Below, piece after piece: positions 29,030-37,986 of a DNA stretch of 64,000 nucleotides. Origin of the DNA: Anaerolineales bacterium (GTDB taxonomy: Bacteria > Chloroflexota > Anaerolineae > Anaerolineales > UBA4823); NCBI GenBank assembly GCA_020060465.1, contig JAGVAD010000017.1:1983-65982 (forward strand), written 5' to 3'. The translations under genes and the position numbers were made by a program. How positions within the stretch are numbered: position 1 is the first letter of the stretch; every line of letters starts with the position of its first letter. Below the pieces are notes generated by a model. That model saw nothing but the letters and a program-made list of their open reading frames with translations. It ran no database searches and was not told the origin of the DNA.

Positions 29030-30292
29030 CTAATCTCGTTTGAAGCGTGAGTAATCGGGCTTGGGCATATCCAAACCAGACACTGGCAAGCCATTCAGAG
29101 CGCGGACCTTCAAAGGCAATCCATAGAGATGAATGAAGCCCTCCGCATCCGATTGGTCATAGACATTCTCTTGACCAAAAGTGGCAAAATCTTCGCGGTA
29201 CAGGCTGAACGGGCTTTGCCGCCCGACGGGTATGATGTTGCCTTTATATAATTTCAAGCGCGCTTTACCGGTCACCGGCCCTTGTGTGCTGCTCACAAAA
29301 GCATCCAGCGCCTCACGCAAGGGGGTAAACCACATCCCATTATAGACCAGCTCGGCGTATTTCAACGCAATCATGTCTTTAAACGACATGGTATCCTTGT
29401 CCAGCACGACCGACTCGATTTCACGATGGGCAGCCAGCAGAATGGCGCCGCCGGGGGTTTCATACACGCCATGCGATTTCATACCCACCAATCGGCCTTC
29501 CACCATATCCGCTCGACCGATGCCATGCTTGCCACCCAATACATTTAACCTGGCGATCAGCGTCGCCGGAGAGAGTTGTTCGCCGTTCACCGAAACCGGC
29601 GTTCCGCTTTCAAAGCCGATCTCGACGATTTCGCCCTGTTCAGGAGCCTCTTCTGGCGATACAGTGAGCTGATACATTGATTCTTCGGGCTCCAGCCACG
29701 GATCTTCCAGAGGGCCGCCCTCGTGCGACAAATGCCATAGATTGCGGTCGCGGCTGTAGATGGACTTCAGCGTAGCAGACACCGGCACTTGATGCGCCTG
29801 AGCGTAGGCAATGGCGTCTTCGCGAGAGCGGATATTCCACTCGCGCCAGGGGGCGATCACCGCCAGACGCGGATCCAGGGCGGCGTAAGTCAACTCGAAG
29901 CGCACCTGATCGTTGCCCTTGCCGGTGGCGCCGTGCGCCACGCCGTCCGCGCCCACCTGATGCGCCACCTCCACCTGATGTTTGGCAATCAACGGACGCG
30001 CCATCGAAGTGCCTAACAGGTATTTGCGCTCATAGACTGCGCCGGCGCGCAAGACGGGGAAAATGTAATCGCGGGCGAACTCTTCTTTCATGTCATGAAT
30101 GATCAACTGGCTGGCGCCGCTGGCAAGCGCTTTGGCTTCCAGACCATCCAACTCCTCGCCCTGACCGACATCTGCGGTGAAGCAGACCACTTCACAGCCA
30201 TAATTTTCGCGCAGCCAGGGAACAATCACCGAGGTATCCAAACCGCCCGAATAAGCCAGAACGACTTTCTTGACATTTTTTGCCTTAACCAT
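29030..30292 (-). CDS. argG: Argininosuccinate synthase
   Basis: [13 protein letters not shown]-loop-like motif and [13 protein letters not shown]. Confidence 0.95.
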   Translation of the reverse strand: MVKAKNVKKVVLAYSGGLDTSVIVPWLRENYGCEVVCFTADVGQGEELDGLEAKALASGASQLIIHDMKEEFARDYIFPVLRAGAVYERKYLLGTSMARPLIAKHQVEVAHQVGADGVAHGATGKGNDQVRFELTYAALDPRLAVIAPWREWNIRSREDAIAYAQAHQVPVSATLKSIYSRDRNLWHLSHEGGPLEDPWLEPEESMYQLTVSPEEAPEQGEIVEIGFESGTPVSVNGEQLSPATLIARLNVLGGKHGIGRADMVEGRLVGMKSHGVYETPGGAILLAAHREIESVVLDKDTMSFKDMIALKYAELVYNGMWFTPLREALDAFVSSTQGPVTGKARLKLYKGNIIPVGRQSPFSLYREDFATFGQENVYDQSDAEGFIHLYGLPLKVRALNGLPVSGLDMPKPDYSRFKRD

Positions 30293-30320
30293 TTTGAGCC
30301 TCCTGAAATCTGTTGAGAAT

Positions 30321-30352
30321 TAAAATAAAAAGCCCTCCTGGGGTAGGAGGGC
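30321..30352 (-). terminator. Intrinsic terminator hairpin 29 nt upstream of the argG start codon (candidate attenuator)
   Basis: On the minus strand: GCCCUCCU-acccc-AGGAGGGC followed by UUUUUAUUUU. The perfect 8-bp GC-rich stem occupies 30332-30339 and 30345-30352. Confidence 0.7.
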
Positions 30353-30382
30353 ATGTCTGACTGGCGATAACGGTCGTCTTGC

Positions 30383-30472
30383 TTAGCGCACGTCGAAAAA
30401 ACAACCGCACCCTGCCTCCCCGGTGGGAAGAGGGGTGCAACGACGGGAGCGGATTTCGACGTAAAGTTTCAT
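30383..30472 (-). promoter_or_regulatory. Structured leader with a 29-codon mini-ORF (MKLYVEIRSRRCTPLPTGEAGCGCFFDVR) upstream of argGH
   Basis: 9-bp long-range inverted repeat ACGTCGAAA (30390-30398) / TTTCGACGT (30454-30462). It encloses a GCACCC...GGGTGC hairpin (30407-30438). Arg codons at positions 8, 10 and 11 of the mini-ORF. Confidence 0.4.
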
Positions 30473-30571
30473 CTTCACCAAAGCGCCTCTAAGGAAATGC
30501 TTGTAAATGTTGGGCTGGACTATATCACCTGCTTGCGGATCCGTCAAGAGATTGAGCGCCAGGTTAATCCA

Positions 30572-31255
30572 CTATGCAACAGCGTTACGCGCCCGATGAA
30601 ACTCTTCGATCAATTCGGCTTCGATCTCTCGCCGCCGATTGACCAGGTAACGAAACAAGACGCCTCTAAAATGAGGTTCGGGAGCGAAACGCAGCGAAAA
30701 ACGATACTGGCCTCGGGCGCGAACAGCGCTTAAGATGGTGCCACGTGCAGAAACAGCGCCGGTTGGCAATTCGGTCGCGATGTGTATTATCGCGCCTGGC
30801 TTTAGCGCTGGAGTATATTGGTCGGGCAAAACCCGCAAGCCGGCGCCGATCATCGAGATGTCTGCCAGTTCTGCCGCTGTTTGATCCTTGCCAATCAAGA
30901 TATTGACCGGCAGCGGCGCTTTTGGTTCCACGCGCGCCAGCATTCGCTCGCCTAACTTAACGCCCAGATAAGAAAAGTTGTATAAATCCGCCAACCCTTG
31001 CAAAAGATCCACCGACAAGACCTGCGCAGAGAATGGCTCGAAGAAGTCGCTGCCCAGCACTTTTGTATGGCGATCTCTCTGCAATAGCACGATCTCGGCG
31101 CCATCCGTCCGAACCTGCGCATGATCTCCATAAACGCCCGCCAAATATCCCTTACAGACAAAAGGCGCCCCCTTGTACGTGTTCAACATTTCGATCGGCT
31201 GTTGGTTTTCCATCATCAACCGCAGATCTGAAATGATCTGAAGATTGGTTGTCAT
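30572..31255 (-). CDS. PilZ-domain protein (YcgR-like two-barrel architecture)
   Basis: RxxxR (RMLAR, aa 104-108) and DxSxxG (DISMIG, aa 132-137) at canonical spacing. The N-terminal half is beta-rich and PilZN-like. Confidence 0.72.
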   Translation of the reverse strand: MTTNLQIISDLRLMMENQQPIEMLNTYKGAPFVCKGYLAGVYGDHAQVRTDGAEIVLLQRDRHTKVLGSDFFEPFSAQVLSVDLLQGLADLYNFSYLGVKLGERMLARVEPKAPLPVNILIGKDQTAAELADISMIGAGLRVLPDQYTPALKPGAIIHIATELPTGAVSARGTILSAVRARGQYRFSLRFAPEPHFRGVLFRYLVNRRREIEAELIEEFHRARNAVA

Positions 31256-31267
31256 GTTTTTTCGCCC

Positions 31268-32296
31268 CTAATGAATGCGTAACACCTTCGCGCCGCGAAT
31301 CTTGCCCTGCTTCAGTTCTAATAACGCCTGGTTGGCCTGGCTGAGGTCATATTCCTGGTATTCCGGGCGGATGGGGATTTCCGCTGCCAGCTTTAGAAAT
31401 TCGCTGACATCTCTCCGGCTGACATTGGCGACGCTCAAGATGGATTTTTCCATCCATAAATGCGTCGGATAGTCCAGTTGTAGTAGGGCAGCCTTGTCGC
31501 TCTCTTCTTTGCGAATGGCATTGATCACCAGCCGCCCACCCGGGGCCAGATTGCGCATGGCTTCTACCACCGGCAGCCAGACCGGCGTCGTATCAATGAT
31601 GCGATCCAAAGGCTGCGGAGCGCGGTCGGTGATCGCGCCAGCCCACACTGCTCCTAACTGGCGGGCGAACGCCTGTTCCTTCTCGTTGCGGCTGAATACA
31701 TACACCGGGCTGTGCGGATAGACGTGGCGCGCCAACTTCAGGACAATGTGAGCTGATGCGCCAAAACCCGTCAGCCCCAGTTTTTGTCCATTCTGCAACC
31801 CGGCGAGGCGCAGAGAGCGATAACCAATGGCGCCGGCGCAAAGCAACGGAGCGGCTTCAGCATCGTTAAACACCTGCGGAATAGGGTAGGCGAAACTTTC
31901 GGAGACGGTCATGTACTCCGCATATCCACCGTTTGCATCGCGACCAGTGGCGCGGAAATCGGGGCAACGATTTTCGTTGCCCGCCAGGCAATGGGCGCAT
32001 TGTCCGCAGGTCGAATAAATCCAGGCGACGCCCACGCGCTCGCCTACCTGAAAGCGCCCCGCGCCAGGACCGTTCGCCTCCACTCGCCCGACGACCTGAT
32101 GACCTAAGATGACCGGCAGGCGGGGCGGAGGGGTGCGCCCCTCGATCTCATCCAATTCGGTATGACACACGCCACAGGCCGAAACGCGCACCAAAATTTC
32201 CCCCTGCGCGGGGATCGGATCTGGCAATTCAACCAGCTCCAAGGGCGGAATACCATCGCCGAGATTACAGATTTGTTTGAACAGCATAGCTTTCAT
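31268..32296 (-). CDS. Zinc-dependent alcohol dehydrogenase (MDR family)
   Basis: GVCHTELDEIEG catalytic-Zn motif. Structural Zn Cys cluster (CGQCAHCLAGNENRC). GFGASAH Rossmann. Start set at MKAMLFK, with GAGGTG upstream. The 124-codon N-terminal extension in the ORF track crosses a repeat element. Confidence 0.88.
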   Translation of the reverse strand: MKAMLFKQICNLGDGIPPLELVELPDPIPAQGEILVRVSACGVCHTELDEIEGRTPPPRLPVILGHQVVGRVEANGPGAGRFQVGERVGVAWIYSTCGQCAHCLAGNENRCPDFRATGRDANGGYAEYMTVSESFAYPIPQVFNDAEAAPLLCAGAIGYRSLRLAGLQNGQKLGLTGFGASAHIVLKLARHVYPHSPVYVFSRNEKEQAFARQLGAVWAGAITDRAPQPLDRIIDTTPVWLPVVEAMRNLAPGGRLVINAIRKEESDKAALLQLDYPTHLWMEKSILSVANVSRRDVSEFLKLAAEIPIRPEYQEYDLSQANQALLELKQGKIRGAKVLRIH

Positions 32297-32310
32297 AAAC
32301 ACCTCTGGTA

Positions 32311-32328
32311 ACTTATTATATAATAAGT
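32311..32328. promoter_or_regulatory. Perfect 18-bp AT-rich palindrome ACTTATTATATAATAAGT (possible operator and/or -10 elements)
   Basis: Perfect dyad symmetry. Contains TATAAT on both strands. Lies 15 bp upstream of the ADH start codon. Confidence 0.35.
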
Positions 32329-32420
32329 GTTGAAAGCCTTTATGTCCATTTTGATTGCACCGCACTCGACAGCGCATGGACAGAACGAATATTTTCTTTA
32401 GCAATATGCATTCGGCAATT

Positions 32421-32465
32421 CCCCCCACCCCTGGCCCTGCCCTCCAGGGGGCAGGGAAAAGGGGA
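32421..32465. repeat. GC-rich hairpin repeat, copy C
   Basis: CCCCCCACCCCTGGCCCTGCCCTCCAGGGGGCAGGGAAAAGGGG. Shares the CCACCC-T-GGCC-T-GCCC...GGG core with the copies at 8005 and 8098. Followed by a GGTGGTTGT...ACAACCACC inverted repeat. Confidence 0.5.
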
Positions 32466-32636
32466 AACTGGTGGTTGTCACGCGGCATCGCCACCCAAAA
32501 ACAACCACCCCCCTTTGTTCCAGGTCTAAGGGAAAAGGATAAGAAAGACGGGTTCCAAACATTCTCTAGCATTGAAAACTTCAGGTCGAAATTCTTTGTA
32601 ACGGTGATCCGATGATCAGATCGGGGGTATGTTAAG

Positions 32637-34217
32637 ATGCGCATCCGGTTGAAGGAAGACTTAATCATTGCGGGTGCAACGATGGTTTTTTATTTATCGC
32701 TGGGGGGGTATCTCAGTCTCTATCGTCATTACCTGCCCTACGACAGCCTGGCTCGACTGGTGAGCGCCTGGTTGGTTTTCTATGGAACAGAGACCAAACT
32801 GGCTTCCATCGGTTTTGTCTGGCCGCCAATCCCCACTCTGGCAATCCTCCCCTTCACCATTTTCCCCTGGATGGTCGAGAGTTGGTTCGCAGTGGTAGCA
32901 GTTTCAGCAGTAGCTACCGCTCTGTCTTGTGTGGCGATCAATCACCTGGCTGCCTTATGCGGCTTTCCCTCTGGCTGGCGCTGGGCAGTGGTCTTTTTAT
33001 TCGCAATCAACCCTCTTATCATCGTCTTCGGCATCAATGGAATGAGCGAAGCGCTGTTGATGTTGTTTTTGCTTACTGCCTGTTACTGGCTGGTGCGCTT
33101 CTGGCAAAGCGACCGTAATACTTACCTGATTATTTCCGGCAGTTTCTTTGGGTTGTTGCCTCTGGTGCGATATGAATTTATCTTGATCACTTTGTGGAGC
33201 GGTTTGATTCTGGTGGCGCTGTGCTGGAAACGGCGCAACAGCTTCTCCGAGTTTGAGTTCCGAGAGTTCTTAGAGGGCCGGCTGCTGGCTTATGGTTCGC
33301 TGGCGATTTATCCCTTGTTTCTGTGGGCAGTGGCCAATTGGTTCATTATGGGGAATCCGCTCTATTTCCTATTCAACAATCGCAGCGCGGTCAGCCTGGC
33401 GGAGATGCAGCTTTCGGGCTATGTTAACCTGGTCACCAGTTCCTCGTATTCTTTCCGCCTGGTTTTTGGGGTCTGGATTTCCCTGTTCTTCCTGGGAGCG
33501 ATTGGCAGCCTGACAGCCCTTATCATCGGCTGGCGGCAGAAATCGCTCTTTATGAACTATCTTGCGCTGATGTTCTGGATCATCCCGGCAGTACAGTTCA
33601 TCCTGCTCATCCAGCGCGCCAATGTGCCGCTGTTGCGATATTTTGTCATGTCCATCCCGTTGGGGTTCGTGATCGCTCTAGTTGCGGCGTATCGTCTCTT
33701 GCCGATTGTATCGAATGATCGGCGCGGGAAGATGCTCTTTTTCGGTGTGTTCATTTTCCTTACCATTGCCTCCAATGTCGTGTCATGGATGACATTGGAA
33801 AGATACCCCTATCAGGACATCGAGCGGGAGTCCTGGAGAGGCATCACCACCAAAGAACCGCTGGACAATAGAAACTTCGATCAAGCTTACCAGATTGGCC
33901 AACTCTTGCCGAATATCATCCCTGCCGGCTCGCGAGTGTTGATTGATACCTACCAATTTGGCTTTGGCATTATGCTGGGGGCGAAAGACCATGCGCTATT
34001 CTTGGATTTCACCGACCCCAACTATGAGGAGGCGCTCAAAAATCCACCAGCTTATGTAGATTATCTCATTCTGCCACGCCCTGAGCAACGCGGCGCGCTA
34101 TATGCGATCAATATCGCCCAAAAGAAGCTTTATTCAGAAGGCGCGTCCTGGGCGGAATGGTTGGACGTGCTTCCTACTACAGATTTGGGATGGAAACTAT
34201 ATAAGGTCAAAAGATGA
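32637..34217 (+). CDS. Polytopic GT-C-type membrane glycosyltransferase-like protein (ArnT/PMT_2-like; family uncertain)
   Basis: About 11-12 TM helices followed by a soluble C-terminal domain of about 130 aa. Located directly upstream of a polyprenyl-phosphate GT2. Confidence 0.55.
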   Translation: MRIRLKEDLIIAGATMVFYLSLGGYLSLYRHYLPYDSLARLVSAWLVFYGTETKLASIGFVWPPIPTLAILPFTIFPWMVESWFAVVAVSAVATALSCVAINHLAALCGFPSGWRWAVVFLFAINPLIIVFGINGMSEALLMLFLLTACYWLVRFWQSDRNTYLIISGSFFGLLPLVRYEFILITLWSGLILVALCWKRRNSFSEFEFREFLEGRLLAYGSLAIYPLFLWAVANWFIMGNPLYFLFNNRSAVSLAEMQLSGYVNLVTSSSYSFRLVFGVWISLFFLGAIGSLTALIIGWRQKSLFMNYLALMFWIIPAVQFILLIQRANVPLLRYFVMSIPLGFVIALVAAYRLLPIVSNDRRGKMLFFGVFIFLTIASNVVSWMTLERYPYQDIERESWRGITTKEPLDNRNFDQAYQIGQLLPNIIPAGSRVLIDTYQFGFGIMLGAKDHALFLDFTDPNYEEALKNPPAYVDYLILPRPEQRGALYAINIAQKKLYSEGASWAEWLDVLPTTDLGWKLYKVKR

Positions 34218-35164
34218 ATAAGCCCCAGATTTCCGTTGTGCTACCTGTTTACAATGAAGCGGAAGCTGTGGAGGAAGTGGTGCAGCAGGTAATTGAGACG
34301 CTCTCCACAGCCGGGAAGTCTTTCGAAGTGCTGGCAATTAACGACGGTTCTCAGGATTGTTCTGAAGAGAAATTGCTAAAGTTACAAAGAGAATATCCTC
34401 AATGGCTGCGTGTCGCCGCTCATGTGCATAACAAAGGCAACGGCGCAGCCTTGCGCACCGGCATCCGCCTGGCGCGAGGAGAGATCGTCGTGTGCATGGA
34501 CTCGGATGGGCAGCATCGCGCAGCAGAAATGCTCAACCTGCTGGCGAAGATACCGCCGTATGATATGGTCGTCGGCGCGCGGACACGCGACTACGCTGGC
34601 AAATGGTATCGAAATTTAGGCAATCATTTTTATAACTGGTTTGCCAGTTGGCTGACTCAATATCCCATTCTTGACCTGACATCGGGTTTCCGAGCTATGC
34701 GGCGGGAGGCAGTGCTGCATTTCCTGCCCTTGTTTCCGGCCGGTTTTTCTTCCCCCACTACCCTCACCATGGCTTTTTTGAAAGCCGGCTATAGCGTCGC
34801 TTATGTACCGATCCAGGTATACCCACGTACACTGGGCAAGAGCAAAATCAACGTCCTAAAAGATGGGCGTAAATTTGTCCTGATTATCCTGCGCATGATC
34901 ATGCTCTATGACCCCTTGCGCATCTTCTTACCGATCTCCAACTTTCTTCTGTTCTTGGGCCTGGCGGCCATGGCAGCCGGTGTTTGGGCGGCGGGGAGAT
35001 TGGTTGTGCCGGGCTCTTCGGTGGTATTATTCATTGCCGGGGTATTAGCCATGCTGTTGGGTTTGGTATCCAGCCAGATCTCCAATGCAACGATCACTTA
35101 TCACGGCGACGAGTTCGTTAAACTATACGAAGCGCCGTTTAGCGGGGCGAATGAAGAAAGCTGA
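34214..35164 (+). CDS. GT2 polyprenyl-phosphate sugar synthase (DPM1/GtrB/ArnC-like)
   Basis: ISVVLPVYNEAE, INDGSQD and MDSDGQH (DXD) motifs. Two C-terminal TM helices. Overlaps the previous gene by 4 nt. Confidence 0.85.
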   Translation: MNKPQISVVLPVYNEAEAVEEVVQQVIETLSTAGKSFEVLAINDGSQDCSEEKLLKLQREYPQWLRVAAHVHNKGNGAALRTGIRLARGEIVVCMDSDGQHRAAEMLNLLAKIPPYDMVVGARTRDYAGKWYRNLGNHFYNWFASWLTQYPILDLTSGFRAMRREAVLHFLPLFPAGFSSPTTLTMAFLKAGYSVAYVPIQVYPRTLGKSKINVLKDGRKFVLIILRMIMLYDPLRIFLPISNFLLFLGLAAMAAGVWAAGRLVVPGSSVVLFIAGVLAMLLGLVSSQISNATITYHGDEFVKLYEAPFSGANEES

Positions 35165-36185
35165 GCCGCCAGCCAAAAACTGGCGAGCTGTCACTACATT
35201 TCTTCGCGCAACTTTTTTGCTGGCTTTGGTAGCGCCGCTTGGCTATGCCATTTATCAGCAGTGGGCAGAAGTCCGCCAGGTTCTGGCGCAGGTCAACTGG
35301 CTCCAGGCGTCGCTTGGCTGGGTGATCTTGATGCTGGCGCAGCCCTTCATGGGCGCCATCTCCTGGATCGTGTTGCGCTATTTGAAACAGGATTTTGCTT
35401 ACTGGCGTATTACTGCGGTCTATTTCATCTCGCAAGCGGCAAAGTATCTGCCTGGCGGCATCTGGGCTTTTCCGGGACGTGTAGCGGCTTATCAAGCCAT
35501 TGGCGTAGAAAAATCCGCCTCGGTGATCAGCCTTGTGCAAGAAGTTGGGGCACTTTTCTTAGGAGCTGCGACGTTGGGAATCATTGGCATTTTCAACGGG
35601 CTGCTCATCGAGAACTGGGTGCGCACGGCGGCACTTGCCGGGGCGTTCGTATGTCTGGCAGCAACGTTGTTCTCGCAACATCCCCTGACATGGAAAGCGC
35701 TCGCACAGGCGCGACGCGCCTTGGAGGCGCTCAAATTCAAACTCAAAAGCGGCAAGCGGCAACCAACAGAAGAAGCTGACCAAGTGATCAGCGCGCCTCG
35801 AGGCGAAAGCCCGCCGGGGACATTCAGTATCGCCTGGGCACCAGCCTCTTTGCTAACCAGCCTGATGTTCTGGCTATTGGTAGGCGTCGGTTTTTACTAT
35901 CTGGCGATCAGCGTCGCGCCGCAACTGCGGCTGCTCTCCTGGCTGCAAGCAACCAGCATTTTCGCCCTGGCATGGTGCGCCGGCTTTGTCATCGTCCTGG
36001 CGCCAGCCGGCCTGGGGGTGCGCGAAGCGGCGCTCTCCGGCCTGTTAGCCGCCTACATTCCGCTTAGCGAGGCCTTGAGCGTAGCGCTGATGGCGCGTTT
36101 GTGGTGGACGTTGGGGGAAGCGCTCTTTATCTTGATTTCGCTCGCTTGGGCGTCAACTAATGCGCATTGGAATGTTCGTCGCTGA
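35151..36185 (+). CDS. Lysylphosphatidylglycerol-synthase-TM-region / UPF0104 flippase-like membrane protein
   Basis: About 8 TM helices and an AKYLPGGIWAFPGRV motif. Start set at MKKAEPP, which overlaps the GT2 stop. Confidence 0.65.
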   Translation: MKKAEPPAKNWRAVTTFLRATFLLALVAPLGYAIYQQWAEVRQVLAQVNWLQASLGWVILMLAQPFMGAISWIVLRYLKQDFAYWRITAVYFISQAAKYLPGGIWAFPGRVAAYQAIGVEKSASVISLVQEVGALFLGAATLGIIGIFNGLLIENWVRTAALAGAFVCLAATLFSQHPLTWKALAQARRALEALKFKLKSGKRQPTEEADQVISAPRGESPPGTFSIAWAPASLLTSLMFWLLVGVGFYYLAISVAPQLRLLSWLQATSIFALAWCAGFVIVLAPAGLGVREAALSGLLAAYIPLSEALSVALMARLWWTLGEALFILISLAWASTNAHWNVRR

Positions 36186-36234
36186 CTTGGGCTTCGCAGT
36201 CCGCAGGCGAAGATTTATTCATCTCAGAGCGAAA

Positions 36235-37986
36235 TCACTTCTGCACCAAAGGGAGAAACAAATTATTTGGCCCAGTGATCGGCAGGCTGAAGGCAGGGAA
36301 CAATTGCTGATCGGTGTTTCCAGTAATGGGGTCGCGCAAATAATAGTCGCCGGTCAGGTTGCCTGGAACGCGCATGGTCAGGCGATAACGCAACCACAGC
36401 CCGCTGCTGACACCAGGTAAGAGGCGCAGGCGCAAGGAGTAGTTCTTCACCCCGCCGCCAAAGAGAGGCTCGCTGGCTTCATAGATGGGATGGACTGTTA
36501 CCATACAAGGGGTTGAGCAGCCATTGGCTTTGACCAGACTGCCCACCGGGTAAGAGGTCCAAACGCCGCCTGGCGAGGCGTTTGTAACTGTGATGGCATT
36601 TGAGAAGCTCACCGTCAGGTACATCTGTTCGGCGTCGGCGCCGGTGTAAGAAACGCTGAAGGTCAGGTCCTTCTCCTGGTCAGGATAAAGCTCCAACGGA
36701 GCGGGCGCTGCCGTCACGTCAATCGGGTACGGCTGGACGGTAAAAGCAGGCAAAAGGCTTGAGGTGAAGAAACCCAATAAATAGGTGTGATCTTTTATAC
36801 GCAGCGTGTAGGAAACTTGCTCGGAGATGGTTGAGGATGGCGGAGCTATTAACGAGTAATTCAGATCGCCTACGCCAGCGCCATACGGCAACGACGAGAG
36901 GCTGACATCCTGGCTGGGAGTTTGGGTGTGGCTGTCATAGACGGTCTCTCCATTTTGCATCAATTCCAGCGACCCCATCACGACATCATTCACTGGATTG
37001 CCCCAATTGGAAATTTTCAAGCTGACGGTGATTGGCTCGCCGGAATAGAATGCTGTGCGCTCGCGGTTGGCGGCGTCTTTGACGCGAAAATTGCTAATGC
37101 TGATATAGGGGGCGGGAAAATTCGGGTCCACACGGCGCATGAAAAACCAATAAGGATCACTTGGATTGAGATCCAAAGAGACATCTCGCTTGATGGCGCG
37201 GCGAGGCAAAGCCCACAGATCGGAAATGGAGGGATTAGCCAAACCATCGTTCGGGCTAAAACCCACTGCGGCGGAATAGCCGGCAGTCTGCACGTTGGCT
37301 CGCACGGTTGGGTCCATAGACCCATCGCCATAAGGATAGGCAAAAAAGCGGGTGGGGTTTTGTGGGAGATGGGTTTGGATATCCTGGCGGGATTGATTGA
37401 GCTGATATTGCTGCTGCGCAGAACTCAGGCCGGTCAAAGCCAGGTGGGACACTGTGTGCGACTCGATGGCAAAACCGTCTTGATATAAACTAGCCACTTC
37501 AGGCCAGATTAGGTGATAAGCCGGCGGTTCGGGAGGATAAGGCTGCCAATCCTGGTTGTCCTGACGCTGCTCGTCTGTTTCAGCCACTTTCCCGGTGATG
37601 ATGAAGAATGTGGCGCTCATGTTCCGCTCTTTTAAGATCGGCGCGGCGTAATCGAACAACCCTTGAAAGCCGTCATCGAAAGTCAGGATGATGGGTTTCT
37701 CCGGCGGCTGTCCAACGCCCTGGGTGTAGTCCATGTAATCATCCAGACCGATCGTCTGATAGCCATAAGCTTGCAGTACGTCCATCTGGCGCGCAAATTG
37801 ATCTGCGGTCACGTACCATTCCGTAGGGGCAGTCTGGTCAATTTTATGATAAGCCAGGATGGGGATGTTGATATCGAACGGCGACTGCGGATCCAGCAAA
37901 GCACGCGCCAACGCCCGGCTATTTGCCTTCATCGGCGCCAGAGAGAGCAGCGCAATTACAATACCTAAGAACCAGCGGGTTTTCAT
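36235..37986 (-). CDS. Secreted CE4 (NodB-homology) polysaccharide deacetylase with a C-terminal beta-rich extension of about 300 aa
   Basis: Signal peptide (MKTRWFLGIVIALLSLAPMKA). ILAYHKI. TFDDG (motif 1). HTVSH (motif 2). The ATGA start/stop overlap couples it to the synthase gene. Confidence 0.85.
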   Translation of the reverse strand: MKTRWFLGIVIALLSLAPMKANSRALARALLDPQSPFDINIPILAYHKIDQTAPTEWYVTADQFARQMDVLQAYGYQTIGLDDYMDYTQGVGQPPEKPIILTFDDGFQGLFDYAAPILKERNMSATFFIITGKVAETDEQRQDNQDWQPYPPEPPAYHLIWPEVASLYQDGFAIESHTVSHLALTGLSSAQQQYQLNQSRQDIQTHLPQNPTRFFAYPYGDGSMDPTVRANVQTAGYSAAVGFSPNDGLANPSISDLWALPRRAIKRDVSLDLNPSDPYWFFMRRVDPNFPAPYISISNFRVKDAANRERTAFYSGEPITVSLKISNWGNPVNDVVMGSLELMQNGETVYDSHTQTPSQDVSLSSLPYGAGVGDLNYSLIAPPSSTISEQVSYTLRIKDHTYLLGFFTSSLLPAFTVQPYPIDVTAAPAPLELYPDQEKDLTFSVSYTGADAEQMYLTVSFSNAITVTNASPGGVWTSYPVGSLVKANGCSTPCMVTVHPIYEASEPLFGGGVKNYSLRLRLLPGVSSGLWLRYRLTMRVPGNLTGDYYLRDPITGNTDQQLFPAFSLPITGPNNLFLPLVQK

